DNA from: Spongiibacteraceae bacterium
Lineage (GTDB): Bacteria; Pseudomonadota; Gammaproteobacteria; Pseudomonadales; CAMLJR01
Length of the DNA: 64,000 bases
Assembly: GCA_047602265.1 (NCBI GenBank)
Contig: JASGHU010000001.1
Span: 1,154,346 to 1,218,345 of the forward strand
Direction: 5' to 3'
Position numbers and translations under genes: made by a program
The notes under the pieces: model-generated
What the model saw: the letters and a program-made list of their open reading frames with translations, nothing else
Databases searched by the model: none
What the model was told of the DNA's origin: nothing
Shown: piece after piece, positions 39,566 through 49,610 of the stretch
How the letters are laid out: the number at the start of each line of letters is the position of its first letter
Position numbering within the stretch: the first letter of the stretch is position 1

Positions 39566-40519
39566 TCAAAGCCTGCGGCTGTGCACGCGATACACGCCAG
39601 TCATCACAATTGCGAGACCGATGACCTGCATTGCGCTGAGCGATTCGCCGAGAAATGCCGCAGCAATGCCCATGGTGGCGATGGGGCCGATCATGCCGAG
39701 CGCTCCCGCTGTCGCCGCGCCCACTTTGCGCACGCCGGCCGACATCATGAAAGCGGGCAGCACCGTGAATACAGCAGCGGTGAATGCGCACCACCAATAA
39801 ATATGCGCAGGCAACTGTGCTAAATGCGCGAACGATTCAAATAGCGTGTAATGCAGCGTCATCGCCACGCCTGCAGCAATCATCATCAGCGCGGTAAACA
39901 ATGAACTCGAAATCATGCGCATGTAATGTTCACTGCCGATGACGTACGTTGCAAATACCATCGCCGCGCCGAGTACGAATAGCGAGCCTTTGGTGATATC
40001 GCCGATCGATGTCGATGGCTTGCCGTGTAAATCAGCATAAAACACCAACAGCAAGCCGCAATAAATGAATGCGATGTAAAAGCACAGTGCACGTGAAATC
40101 GATTTGCGTAATAGCAGCGTCGAAAACAATACGACAAAGGCGGGATAGGTATACAGGATTACTCGTTCAAGCCCGACGCTGACGTGTTCGAGGCCGAGCA
40201 TATCGAGATAGCTCGACACGTAATATCCCAAGACGCCGCACAGTGCGATGCCGAGCCAATGCTTCGGCTGCAATGTCGGTCGCGAATGTCGCATAGAGTG
40301 CAGCGCCACCCATAAATAAATGGGTAGCGAAAATAGAAGACGCAAAATCATTACATCGGCAACGCTGGCGCCAAGGCTGTAGATGTATTTAATCAATGTG
40401 CCTTTGCAGGCGAATAAAAGCGCGGCGACGATGACGAGCCATGAGCCCGTATTCATGGCGAACAAGTCGATAAGTCGCCTTCGTCGAGTGAGAGATTCCA
40501 TTTCATTTAACGCCGTCAT
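39566..40519 (-). CDS. EamA/DMT-family transporter
   Basis: There are about 10 TM helices in two EamA-like halves. ATG at 40519 has a GGGAG RBS; the ORF opens at 40558. Confidence 0.8.
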   Translation of the reverse strand: MTALNEMESLTRRRRLIDLFAMNTGSWLVIVAALLFACKGTLIKYIYSLGASVADVMILRLLFSLPIYLWVALHSMRHSRPTLQPKHWLGIALCGVLGYYVSSYLDMLGLEHVSVGLERVILYTYPAFVVLFSTLLLRKSISRALCFYIAFIYCGLLLVFYADLHGKPSTSIGDITKGSLFVLGAAMVFATYVIGSEHYMRMISSSLFTALMMIAAGVAMTLHYTLFESFAHLAQLPAHIYWWCAFTAAVFTVLPAFMMSAGVRKVGAATAGALGMIGPIATMGIAAAFLGESLSAMQVIGLAIVMTGVYRVHSRRL

Positions 40520-40585
40520 GCTGTGTGCTCCCTGATTGATGGCGCTCAACGACGGCATTTATTGTTTTTGAGGAGAGATACAGAA

Positions 40586-40617
40586 ACAAAAAAGGCCGTC
40601 TGTTAGGCGGCCTTTTT
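40586..40617 (-). terminator. Rho-independent terminator (GGCCGCCT AAC AGACGGCC + T-run on the minus strand)
   Basis: An 8-bp stem (one G:U pair) is flanked by A- and T-runs. It lies about 165 nt downstream of the stop of the 40778-42841 gene. Confidence 0.75.
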
Positions 40618-40777
40618 GCGATTACATTTAAATAGCTAGCTGCAAAAGACCGTCGCTGTGGGTTTTCGCCACAGGCTTGGAATGCGCACGGTCTTAATGG
40701 CAAGAGAATTCATGTTAGAAAATCATTGAGGTGTCGGTGCAATTCATCATAGTGGCCCGTTTTGTATAAAACAAGTT

Positions 40778-42841
40778 TTAGATGCCTGCTCCCAATGTTT
40801 CTCCATACTTTTCGAATTCGTCGAGCGGAAGTGGTTTGCTGAATAGATAGCCCTGATACATGGTGCAGTTATGTTGTTCGAGGAATTGCTGCTGCGCTTG
40901 CGTCTCCACGCCTTCGGCGATAACCGAAAGACCGAAACGCTCGGCGAGTCCGATAATGGTGGTGACAATGGCAGCATCGTTGGTATCGTTCAAGGTATCG
41001 CGCACAAAGCTTTGGTCGATTTTGAGTTCGTCGAGCGGCAGCCGCTTTAAGTAGGCGAGCGATGAATAGCCGGTGCCGAAATCATCGAGCGAAAAAGCGA
41101 TGCCGTGTGCTTTCAGCGTCGACATTTTTTTAATCACATCATCGACATTGGCGACGAGCAGACTTTCGGTCAATTCGAGTTTCAAGCGCTGTGGATTGGC
41201 ACCGCTGGTTTCGAGCGCATTCAATACCTGTGCGACGAAATCCTGTTGATGAAATTGGCGCGAGCTGACGTTGACGGCAATGCTCAAACGTGAAAACAGC
41301 GGATGCGAGGCCCAGCGTGCGAGTTGCGTGCAGGCGCTTTCGATAACCCACTGGCCGATGGGTAGAATCAAACCGGACTCTTCCGCGATCGGAATAAATT
41401 CCGCAGGAGAAATCATGCCGCGCTGCGGATGTCGCCAGCGCAATAACACTTCGGCACCGCACAATGTATTTCGATTATCGAGCTGGGCTTGAAAATGCAG
41501 ATGCAGTTGCCCTTCGTACAGTGCTGCGCGCAAATTATCTTCGAGTAGAGAGCGTGCGATAACGGCGGTTTGCAATTGCGGATCGAAAAAACGAAAGGTG
41601 TTTCGGCCTGCTGCCTTTGCCTGATACATCGCGAGGTCGGCACGGCGCAGCGGCTCTTCGGCGGGTTCTTCATCATTGCCGAGCAGTGTGATGCCGATGC
41701 TCGGTGTGCTGGTGTGCAAATTGCCGTCGATTTCGTAAGGCTGGCGCAGCGCCGTGAAAATTTTGTCGACCACGACTTCGGCTTGACTCGCTGCTTGAAT
41801 CGGCTCTTCGGCCAAATTTTCCAGCAGCACGACGAATTCATCGCCGCCAAGTCGCGCCAGCGTGTCGCTTTTGCGCACGGATTGCGACAGGCGCTGCGCG
41901 ACCTGTTGCAATAAGGCATCGCCATGGCTATGGCCGCGAGTGTCATTAAGTGTTTTGAAATTATCGAGATCGATGAACAGCAACGCACTCAATGTGTGTT
42001 GACGCGAGGCATTGTTGAGGATATGTGCGAGCCGATTCAGCAGCAGGCGGCGATTGGGTAGATGGGTCAACGGGTCGTAAAAGGCGAGATTCTCGATTTT
42101 TTCTTCTGCGGTTTTACGTTCGGTAATGTCGATCGCAATACCGCCAACGTAACGTGTGCCGCGAATATCGGTGTAGGGGAATTTGCAACTCAGCCAGTGC
42201 GATTGCGTACCGTCAGGCTCTGCGGCAACTTCTTCGACAGAGACGGGCTGGTTGCTCTCGAATACTGCGTAATCGTTATCGACGAATTGTTGTGCGATTG
42301 GTTGCGGAAAAATATCGAAATCGGTGCGGCCCATCCACGTGTCGGTCGATAGTTCAAAGCGTTGTTCGTATTGTTTATTCAGAAATACATAGCGGCCGTC
42401 GGTATCTTTCATCCAGGCTACAAAGTTGCTGTTATTCATGTACGAGCGAAACAAATTCTCGCTGTCCTGAAGTTTTTCGATGGTTTGGCACAGGGTGGTC
42501 GTATATTTCTGTAATTGACGTACCACGATAGCCATTGAAATCGAGCCGAATAGATACATACCGATCATGAAGTAGTCGCGACCGATATAGGAAAAGTCCT
42601 GGTGGCTTGGAAAAATCCAGTAGCCAACGATGATGCTGAATGCGGTGATTAGTAGCCCAGGCCCCGATCCGCAAAAGTAAAGTGCGGCAATAGTTGCTGG
42701 ATAAAGCGTGACGAAACGAAATCCCGCTTCGATTGGAAGAACAGCAAATCGCAGTATGAGTGCGACGAGGAAAATTGCGATCGCCAATCCATAGCGCCAG
42801 CGCAAGGGAAGCTTTCGATGCAATAGCGCGAGATTTTTCAT
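40778..42841 (-). CDS. Membrane sensor PAS + GGDEF + EAL protein
   Basis: There are N-terminal TM helices and one PAS domain. GGDEF reads ARLGGDEFVVLL with an RxxD site (RKSD). The EAL domain has EVLLRW, DDFGTGYSSLAYL and KIDQSF. Confidence 0.85.
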   Translation of the reverse strand: MKNLALLHRKLPLRWRYGLAIAIFLVALILRFAVLPIEAGFRFVTLYPATIAALYFCGSGPGLLITAFSIIVGYWIFPSHQDFSYIGRDYFMIGMYLFGSISMAIVVRQLQKYTTTLCQTIEKLQDSENLFRSYMNNSNFVAWMKDTDGRYVFLNKQYEQRFELSTDTWMGRTDFDIFPQPIAQQFVDNDYAVFESNQPVSVEEVAAEPDGTQSHWLSCKFPYTDIRGTRYVGGIAIDITERKTAEEKIENLAFYDPLTHLPNRRLLLNRLAHILNNASRQHTLSALLFIDLDNFKTLNDTRGHSHGDALLQQVAQRLSQSVRKSDTLARLGGDEFVVLLENLAEEPIQAASQAEVVVDKIFTALRQPYEIDGNLHTSTPSIGITLLGNDEEPAEEPLRRADLAMYQAKAAGRNTFRFFDPQLQTAVIARSLLEDNLRAALYEGQLHLHFQAQLDNRNTLCGAEVLLRWRHPQRGMISPAEFIPIAEESGLILPIGQWVIESACTQLARWASHPLFSRLSIAVNVSSRQFHQQDFVAQVLNALETSGANPQRLKLELTESLLVANVDDVIKKMSTLKAHGIAFSLDDFGTGYSSLAYLKRLPLDELKIDQSFVRDTLNDTNDAAIVTTIIGLAERFGLSVIAEGVETQAQQQFLEQHNCTMYQGYLFSKPLPLDEFEKYGETLGAGI

Positions 42842-42929
42842 TCGGGTTACATCATGTCCAGCAGGGTTGAGGCGATTTCAGGAAATGGCTGAGGCGAATA
42901 ATTTGCCTGGAATACAGTGTAGCCGCAAC

Positions 42930-43808
42930 TTATGTTTCGGCGTGTTTCAGCTTTTGCGGGCTGACGAAATGATGTGCGCGGCCGGAAAGCGGGTCGATAA
43001 AGCGCAATTCGCGCGCGAGCAGTTGCAGCGGTTGCGCGTAATCGTCGAATAATTCATCGCGTACTTGTGGATAAAACGCATCGTTTTCAATCGGTGCGCC
43101 GAGCGCAGCCATGTGTACGCGCAGTTGGTGCTTTTTTCCCGTAACTGGATATAAACGGTAATGCCAGTGATTTCGGTGGCGATTGATGACTTCGATGCGT
43201 GTCTCGGCGTTTGCGTCGCCTTTGATTTCGCGGGATAGGAAGAACGGTTCACCGCGCACGATGCGCGATTGTCGCGTGACAGGAAATTCAAGATGCGGCA
43301 ATGCCGGTGCGATGGCTTCATACACTTTTTCGATATTTCTATCGCGAAACAGCGCTTGATAGGCCGCGCGCGATGAGCGCTGTGCTGAAAAAAGCACCAG
43401 GCCGGCAGTGTGGCGATCGATACGATGCAGCGGCGCTATGTCGGTATTGTCGAAATGTTTTATCAGGCGCGCGAGCAGGGTTTGTTCAACGTACTCGCCG
43501 ACGGGCGTCACCGGTAGAAAATGCGGTTTATCGGCGACGATTAAATGATCATCGGCATAAATAATCGATTCAAAAAATGGAATCGGCTTTTCGTCGGGTA
43601 CTTCGCGAAAATAATAAATGCGCATGCCGGTGCGATAAGCGTGCGCAACATCGAGCGGTTGTTTGTGTTCGTCGAGAATGCGCCCGCCCAAAAAGCGCGC
43701 GCGCCAGCGCTCTGGCCCGATCGCAGGAAAGTTTGCGCATAAACAATCCAGCACGGTACGCCACTCACCCGGTGGCAAAACGAAACTGCTGGCGATGGAA
43801 TGTGTCAC
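42930..43808 (-). CDS. RluA-family pseudouridine synthase
   Basis: The catalytic motif HRIDRHTAGLVLFS is present, together with VADKPHFLPV. The start codon is GTG. Confidence 0.85.
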   Translation of the reverse strand: MTHSIASSFVLPPGEWRTVLDCLCANFPAIGPERWRARFLGGRILDEHKQPLDVAHAYRTGMRIYYFREVPDEKPIPFFESIIYADDHLIVADKPHFLPVTPVGEYVEQTLLARLIKHFDNTDIAPLHRIDRHTAGLVLFSAQRSSRAAYQALFRDRNIEKVYEAIAPALPHLEFPVTRQSRIVRGEPFFLSREIKGDANAETRIEVINRHRNHWHYRLYPVTGKKHQLRVHMAALGAPIENDAFYPQVRDELFDDYAQPLQLLARELRFIDPLSGRAHHFVSPQKLKHAET

Positions 43809-43814
43809 GTCGGT

Positions 43815-44927
43815 TTAAATCGTGTTAGGAGAATCGATACAAGCCGTATCATTTTTTATTTTGCGTTTGGCGGCATACATGCGCTCATCGGCTTTGTGTG
43901 CCAATTGTTCGGGGTGCAGACCATCGTCGGGACAAACCACAATGCCGATGCTGCAGCTCACGCGCAATTCGCGATCGAACACCTTGATCGGTTCGTTGAT
44001 GGTTTGAGCGATGCGCGCGATGAGTGGTGTCGCCACTTCGGTGTCGCATTGATCGAACAGGATGCCGAATTCATCGCCGCCCAGGCGAGCCACGGTGTCG
44101 AGTGTGCGCAGATGTTTGCGCAGGCGATCGGCAACGGTGCTCAGCACGATGTCACCGGCTTGATGGCCGTAGGTATCGTTGATCGGTTTGAATTGGTCGA
44201 GGTCGATATAGGCGAGTACCGCTTTGGTGTCGTGCAGTTTGCAAAACTCGATACTCTCGCGCAGGCGTCGATCGAATGTCGTGCGATTGGCAAGCCCGGT
44301 AAGTGCGTCGTGCGCGGCGGCAAATTCAAATCGGGTGCGCTCGGTATTGAGACGGCGCGACATGCCCTCGCGATATTCGTAGCCGATATAAATCGTGAGA
44401 AAGATGCTGGAGCAGGCGAGCATCCAGGTGCCGGTAAAAATATTCGAAACGGCAATGAGATCGAAGTATTTCACCGCTGACGGCGTGATCGTGATTATCG
44501 TGGTCCACAGCAGGCTTGAGCTCAGATTGGCGATGGGCGCGACGAGCAGCGGCAGCGAAAATAGCGGCAGCAGAAAATATAAAGTCTCCGGCCCCGACAG
44601 CGTGAGCACCGCGGTCAGAATGGTGATGTACACCGTGGCCGCATAAATATTGGCGGTCAGATTGAAGAGCGCCGTGCGGTTGAATAGCCAGAGCGCAAAA
44701 GCATACGTCAGCAGGCAAATCCCCAAGCCAAAACGGGTTGGATTGTTGGATACCGTAGCCGGCAGATCGAGGATGAGGCTGCCGATCAGCGCGATGACCG
44801 ACGACATCAGATTGATCAGCAGCAGAAAAATCAGCGCGCGCGCTCTCGCCCTCTCTTCGATCTGCGCAAACTCCTGAATGTCGGCTGGAATCAGCGGGTC
44901 GATAATGCGGGCCATCAATCGCTTCAT
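43815..44927 (-). CDS. Membrane-bound diguanylate cyclase (polytopic N-domain + GGDEF)
   Basis: GGDEF reads ARLGGDEFGILF with an RxxD site (RTLD). About 6 TM helices are present. ATG at 44927 avoids overlap with the upstream gpx gene; the ORF opens at 45011. Confidence 0.8.
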   Translation of the reverse strand: MKRLMARIIDPLIPADIQEFAQIEERARARALIFLLLINLMSSVIALIGSLILDLPATVSNNPTRFGLGICLLTYAFALWLFNRTALFNLTANIYAATVYITILTAVLTLSGPETLYFLLPLFSLPLLVAPIANLSSSLLWTTIITITPSAVKYFDLIAVSNIFTGTWMLACSSIFLTIYIGYEYREGMSRRLNTERTRFEFAAAHDALTGLANRTTFDRRLRESIEFCKLHDTKAVLAYIDLDQFKPINDTYGHQAGDIVLSTVADRLRKHLRTLDTVARLGGDEFGILFDQCDTEVATPLIARIAQTINEPIKVFDRELRVSCSIGIVVCPDDGLHPEQLAHKADERMYAAKRKIKNDTACIDSPNTI

Positions 44928-44937
44928 GGTGGGCAAC

Positions 44938-45423
44938 TCAGCGCAGCAGCCGTTCGATCTGTTTGGCCAGGCGTCGCGGAAAGGTCGTGGTGCCGTAGCG
45001 GCCGATAACATCGCCTTCTCTGCCGACGAGAAACTTCGTGAAATTCCATTTGATGGACTGGCTGCCGAACAATCCGGGTGCCTGCGCTTTTAAAAATTGA
45101 AACAGCGGATCGGCGTCGGGGCCATTCACTTTGATCTTGGCAAACATCGGAAAACTCACGGCGTAGTTGCGGATACAAAAATCGCTGATGCGCTCGCTGT
45201 CATACGGTTCCTGGTTCGCGAACTGATTGCACGGAAAGCCGAGCACCACAAAGCCGCGTTCCTGATAGCGGCGATACAGGTATTCGAGCCCCTTGAATTG
45301 CGGCGTAAATCCACAGTAGCTCGCGGTGTTGACGATGAGCATCGCTTTGCCGCGAAAACGCTGCAGGGCGATCTCTTCACCGTTGATCGACCTGCAGCTG
45401 TAGCTGTACACATTCGGTTTCAT
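44938..45423 (-). CDS. Glutathione peroxidase (BtuE-like, Cys-type)
   Basis: GPx motifs are present (NTASYCGFT, LGFPCNQF, WNFTKFLV). Confidence 0.9.
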   Translation of the reverse strand: MKPNVYSYSCRSINGEEIALQRFRGKAMLIVNTASYCGFTPQFKGLEYLYRRYQERGFVVLGFPCNQFANQEPYDSERISDFCIRNYAVSFPMFAKIKVNGPDADPLFQFLKAQAPGLFGSQSIKWNFTKFLVGREGDVIGRYGTTTFPRRLAKQIERLLR

Positions 45424-45537
45424 TAACGCTTTGGATGTCGTTTCTACCTCAGAAGTGCCGCAAGTATAGCGTTTGGTGTCGACGCGACCTCGCCGACAAG
45501 TACGTAGGGATATTTACTTACATTGACAATTATAAGC

Positions 45538-45993
45538 ATGACAACTATTTTTGAGGCCATGGAAGACAATATCGGCTCAATGCTCGCAGACACCTCCCGG
45601 CTTATTCGCCGCGCCTTCGATGAGCGCGCGCGCGGCATTGGCGTGACGCGTCCGCAATGGCAGCTGCTGACCACGCTGCGGCGCAATGAGGGTACCAATC
45701 AGGGCAATCTGGCCGAGCTGCTCGATACCGAGCCGATCACGCTGTGCCGCATGGTCGATCGCATGCAGGAGGCCGATCTGATCGAGCGCCGGCAAGACCC
45801 TTCCGATCGCCGCGTGTGGCGACTGTTTCTCACCGACAAAGCGCGGCGGCTGCTCGAAGACCTGCAGCCGCTTGGGCGCGAAGTCATGGCGTTGGCGCTG
45901 GATGGCATGACGCAAGCGGAGCGCGATGAGCTGCGCCGCTTACTCGACCGGATACGGCAAAACCTGGCGCGTCGACCTAACACTTCCAGTTAG
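45538..45993 (+). CDS. MarR-family transcriptional regulator (EmrR-like, first gene of the efflux operon)
   Basis: The wHTH reads GVTRPQWQLLTTLRRNEGTNQGNLAELLDTEPITLCRMVDRMQEADLIERR.DP.DRR. The start is uncertain (TTG 45523, ATG 45538 or ATG 45559). Confidence 0.8.
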   Translation: MTTIFEAMEDNIGSMLADTSRLIRRAFDERARGIGVTRPQWQLLTTLRRNEGTNQGNLAELLDTEPITLCRMVDRMQEADLIERRQDPSDRRVWRLFLTDKARRLLEDLQPLGREVMALALDGMTQAERDELRRLLDRIRQNLARRPNTSS

Positions 45994-46055
45994 CTGCGAT
46001 CGACCGCGCCCGCCGCGATGTGTTCATCGCGAATTCAATTTTTGGAGAGACCACA

Positions 46056-47051
46056 TTGTCCCGATCCATGCGCCGTTTAACCATCATGCTGGCCGGCCCC
46101 GGTCTGCTGATTGCAGCCAGCATCATTTATTACGTGCTCAACGCACACTACGCGTCGACCGACAATGCGTATGTCCATCAGGATAAAGTTTCCGTGAGCG
46201 CCGAAGTCGGCGGCAGAGTCGTTGAGGTTGCGGTGCGCGAAAATCAGCGCGTGAAAGCGGGTGATCTGCTGTTTCGTATCGATCCCGAGCCGTATCAATT
46301 AGCCGTTGCCGAAGCAGAGGCCGCAATTGCGAATGCCGAGGCTCGTCTCGATACGCTCGAAACCAATTACGCGACATCGGATGTCGATATCGAAAAAGCC
46401 AAAACCGATGTGGCGTTTTTCGAAAACGAATATCGACGTCAGCAGGAATTAATGAGAAAGCACGTCACCACGAAAGCGGCGTTAGACGCGGCCGAACATG
46501 CGCTGGCCGAAGCGCGTTCCAAATTGGCCGAAGCACGTGCCGATGCGGCAAAAGCTAAAGCGGCGTTATCGACCGGGCGCTCGCATGTCAAAGAAAATCC
46601 TGCAGTATTGGCTGCGCGTGTGCAGCGCGATAAAGCACTGCTCAATCTTGCGCGCACCGAAGTGCGTGCACCGACTGCCGGCATCATCAGCCAATCCAAA
46701 CGTTTATTGGTGGGGCAATTGATGGTGCAAGGTCTTGCTGCCGTCACCATCGTCAAAGATGACGTGAGCTGGGTCGAAGCCAATTTTAAAGAAACCGATC
46801 TCGCCGATATGCGTGTCGGTCAGCCAGTGTCGATTACAGTCGATGCCTACGACAGTCAATTAAAAGGCCATGTCGAAAGCATCGGTGCGGGTACCGGTTC
46901 GGAGTTTTCAATTTTGCCGGCGCAAAATGCCACGGGTAATTGGGTGAAAGTGACGCAGCGCGTGCCCGTGCGTATCGCCATCGATGACAAATCAGAACAG
47001 CCGTTGATCGCGGGGTTTTCGGTCAATGTCCGCGTCGACACCCACCACTGA
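46056..47051 (+). CDS. emrA: HlyD/EmrA-family periplasmic adaptor of an MFS efflux pump
   Basis: A TM anchor is present, followed by TDNAYV....V.V...V.G.V..V.V.EN..VK.GD.LF.IDP. A long coiled-coil hairpin and a C-terminal barrel follow. TTG at 46056 lies 6 nt after GGAGAG; alternatives are GTG 46020 and ATG 46068. Confidence 0.85.
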   Translation: MSRSMRRLTIMLAGPGLLIAASIIYYVLNAHYASTDNAYVHQDKVSVSAEVGGRVVEVAVRENQRVKAGDLLFRIDPEPYQLAVAEAEAAIANAEARLDTLETNYATSDVDIEKAKTDVAFFENEYRRQQELMRKHVTTKAALDAAEHALAEARSKLAEARADAAKAKAALSTGRSHVKENPAVLAARVQRDKALLNLARTEVRAPTAGIISQSKRLLVGQLMVQGLAAVTIVKDDVSWVEANFKETDLADMRVGQPVSITVDAYDSQLKGHVESIGAGTGSEFSILPAQNATGNWVKVTQRVPVRIAIDDKSEQPLIAGFSVNVRVDTHH

Positions 47052-48648
47052 TATGACCACCGCTGCGCACGCTTCGACAGACAATTCCGCGCCATCGTCG
47101 GCGGATTTAGCTGCTGCGGATAAGCCCGCGCTTTTTGCGAAGCATCCCCTGGTGCTGACCATTGCGGTCATGCTCGTCACCATCATGCAGCTGCTCGACG
47201 TGACGATCGCCAACGTTGCGCTGCCGCATATGCAGTCCAGTCTCAATGCGACATTCGATACCGTCAGTTGGATTTTGACGAGCTATATCATCGCCGGTGT
47301 TCTCGTCACGCCGGTCGTGGGTTGGATCACCGATATCGTCGGCTCGCGCATTATTTATATCGGATCGGTTGCCGGTTTTCTATTGGCGTCCATGCTGTGC
47401 GGCATGGCGACATCGCTGCCGGAAATGGTGGTATTTCGCGCGCTGCAAGGTATTTGCGCGGCGTTCATCGGCCCGATTGCGCAAACCATTTTGCTCGACA
47501 TCAATCCGCCGAGTAAGCAATCGTCCGCGTTATCGGCGTGGGGCCTGGTGGTTATGGTGGCGCCGATCATGGGGCCGATGCTCGGCGGTCTGCTCACCGA
47601 TGCGCTGAATTGGCGCTGGGTTTTTTATATCAATCTGCCGATCGGTATTCCGGCTCTCGCCATTCTCGTCTGGCAATTGCCATCGCGTCCGATCGTGCGG
47701 CGCCGATTGGATGTTGTCGGATTTATCTGGCTCGCGATTGCGCTCGGCGCGCTGCAATTGATGCTCGATCGCGGCGAACACAAGGATTGGTTCGATTCGC
47801 CCGAAATTGTGATCGAGTTGATCGTCACGCTTTCCGCGTTGTGGATTTTCGTGGTTCACACCCTGACCACGGATAAGCCGTTATTTCCGGGTGCGTTGTT
47901 TAAAGATCGCAATTTTAGCGGCGCGTTGGGTTCAATGTTCGTGCTCGGTGTCGCCAACGTTGCCATCGCTTCGATTTTGCCGACGATGTATCAGACCGTT
48001 TACGGTTACACCGCCTTCGATACGGGCTTGCTCCTTATTCCGCGTGCGTGCGGTATTTTAATTACGATGACAATCGGCACGCGCATCATTCATCGCATCG
48101 ATATTCGCTATCTGGTGGCGACCGGATATTTTGTCGCGGGTGCGGCGATGTTGATGATGTCGCACTGGTCGCTCGATATGGATTATTGGCCGATTCTATA
48201 CACGGGTTTTATTCAGGGGCTCGGGCTCGGCTGTATTTTCATGCCGATGAATCTGGTGTCGTTTGCAACGCTGGAAACACAATATCGCCCCGACGGTGCC
48301 AGTATCATTAATCTGGTTCGCAATATCGGCAGCAGTTTTGGCATTTCGATTGTGGTGTCGATGCTCGCGCGCAATACCCAGATCAGTCATGCCGATATGG
48401 CGGCAAACATTACCTCGTACAGTCTGCCATCGGTGGACCCGCTTGCGGCGGCTGAGCGGGTCGGTGGCAATGGTCTGGCGGTGATGCAAATGATCGATGG
48501 CGAAATCAATCGCCAGGCGATGATGATTTCCTACATCGATAATTATTTTGCCATCTCGATATTTATCCTGTGCGTGGCCGGCAGCGTATTTTTTCTCAAG
48601 CCCATGCGGCTGTCCAAACCGCAGCAACAGGCGCCTCTTTCCGAATAA
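47026..48648 (+). CDS. emrB: DHA2 (EmrB/QacA) 14-TM MFS drug efflux transporter
   Basis: Motifs include LDVTIANVALPHMQ and GWITD..G.R, and about 14 TM helices are present. The start is either 47026 or ATG 47053, which lies 1 nt after the emrA stop. Confidence 0.85.
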   Translation: MSASTPTTDMTTAAHASTDNSAPSSADLAAADKPALFAKHPLVLTIAVMLVTIMQLLDVTIANVALPHMQSSLNATFDTVSWILTSYIIAGVLVTPVVGWITDIVGSRIIYIGSVAGFLLASMLCGMATSLPEMVVFRALQGICAAFIGPIAQTILLDINPPSKQSSALSAWGLVVMVAPIMGPMLGGLLTDALNWRWVFYINLPIGIPALAILVWQLPSRPIVRRRLDVVGFIWLAIALGALQLMLDRGEHKDWFDSPEIVIELIVTLSALWIFVVHTLTTDKPLFPGALFKDRNFSGALGSMFVLGVANVAIASILPTMYQTVYGYTAFDTGLLLIPRACGILITMTIGTRIIHRIDIRYLVATGYFVAGAAMLMMSHWSLDMDYWPILYTGFIQGLGLGCIFMPMNLVSFATLETQYRPDGASIINLVRNIGSSFGISIVVSMLARNTQISHADMAANITSYSLPSVDPLAAAERVGGNGLAVMQMIDGEINRQAMMISYIDNYFAISIFILCVAGSVFFLKPMRLSKPQQQAPLSE

Positions 48649-48791
48649 TTTGCTCGTCGAATAACTTTTCGCAAAGTCCTCTCGTCCATCGCAATGTAGA
48701 AGCACCAGCCCATTTGGCTCGGGATTTGCTGCCGGTTTCGCTGTAAAAACGTATTGCTGGTGATGCGTATTGCAGAAAGGGAGGCGAGACC

Positions 48792-49580
48792 ATGCGGCGA
48801 GTGATCTTCAATCAGAAGGGCGGTGTCGGTAAATCGAGTATCACCTGCAATCTCGCGGCGATCGCAGCCTCGCGCGGATTGCGCACGCTGGTGGTCGATC
48901 TCGATGTGCAGGGCAATGCGAGTCTCTATCTTGGTGTCGATACGCATGCGCCGGAGAATCGCGAATCCGAATACAGTGTTGCTCATTTGCTGCGACGTTC
49001 GGCTGGAGGTTGGTTAGGAAGTGGTAAAGCGGCGATCGGTTTTGTGCAGGAAACGCGATTTGCCAATCTCGACTTGCTCGCAGCAAATCCGATGCTCAAT
49101 GAAATCAGTGCCGAACTCGAAAGTCGTTACAAAATTTATAAATTGCGCGAGGCGCTCGATGAATTGGCGAGCGAATACGATCGTGTTTATATCGACACGC
49201 CGCCCAATCTGAATTTTTACAGCAAGACCGCGCTCATCGCTGCCCAGCGCGTGTTGATTCCTTACGATTGCGATAGTTTTTCCAAACAGGCGCTGTATCA
49301 ATTGCTCGAAAATACGGCCGAGCTGAAACAGGATCACAATCCGGATCTGCAAATCGAAGGCATCGTCATCAATCAATTCAACGCGCAGGCGAAATTGCCG
49401 CAGGCGTTAATCGATGAAATGAAAGATGAACAGCTACCGGTACTCGATTGCTATTTGCCGACATCGATCAAAATGAAAGAGTCGCATCACGTCGCCAATC
49501 CGCTGATTTATTTCGCACCGAAACATAAATTGACGCAGCAGTTCGTGGCGCTATTCGATCGGATCGAGGCGGGAAAATAA
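48792..49580 (+). CDS. ParA/MinD-superfamily ATPase (orphan; no parB seen)
   Basis: A deviant Walker A is present (NQKGGVGKSSITCNLA), with VDLDVQGN and DTPP. An AGGGAGG RBS precedes the start. Confidence 0.85.
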   Translation: MRRVIFNQKGGVGKSSITCNLAAIAASRGLRTLVVDLDVQGNASLYLGVDTHAPENRESEYSVAHLLRRSAGGWLGSGKAAIGFVQETRFANLDLLAANPMLNEISAELESRYKIYKLREALDELASEYDRVYIDTPPNLNFYSKTALIAAQRVLIPYDCDSFSKQALYQLLENTAELKQDHNPDLQIEGIVINQFNAQAKLPQALIDEMKDEQLPVLDCYLPTSIKMKESHHVANPLIYFAPKHKLTQQFVALFDRIEAGK

Positions 49581-49610
49581 AAATGAGGTGCGATCGATAG
49601 GAGTGGATGA

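Noticed and set aside
44938-45423. Possible selenocysteine (in-frame TGA) in the glutathione peroxidase genes (also 52712-53263)
   Set aside because: Both frames are uninterrupted, and the catalytic position is encoded as Cys (ASYCG / ASKCG). No recoding is needed.
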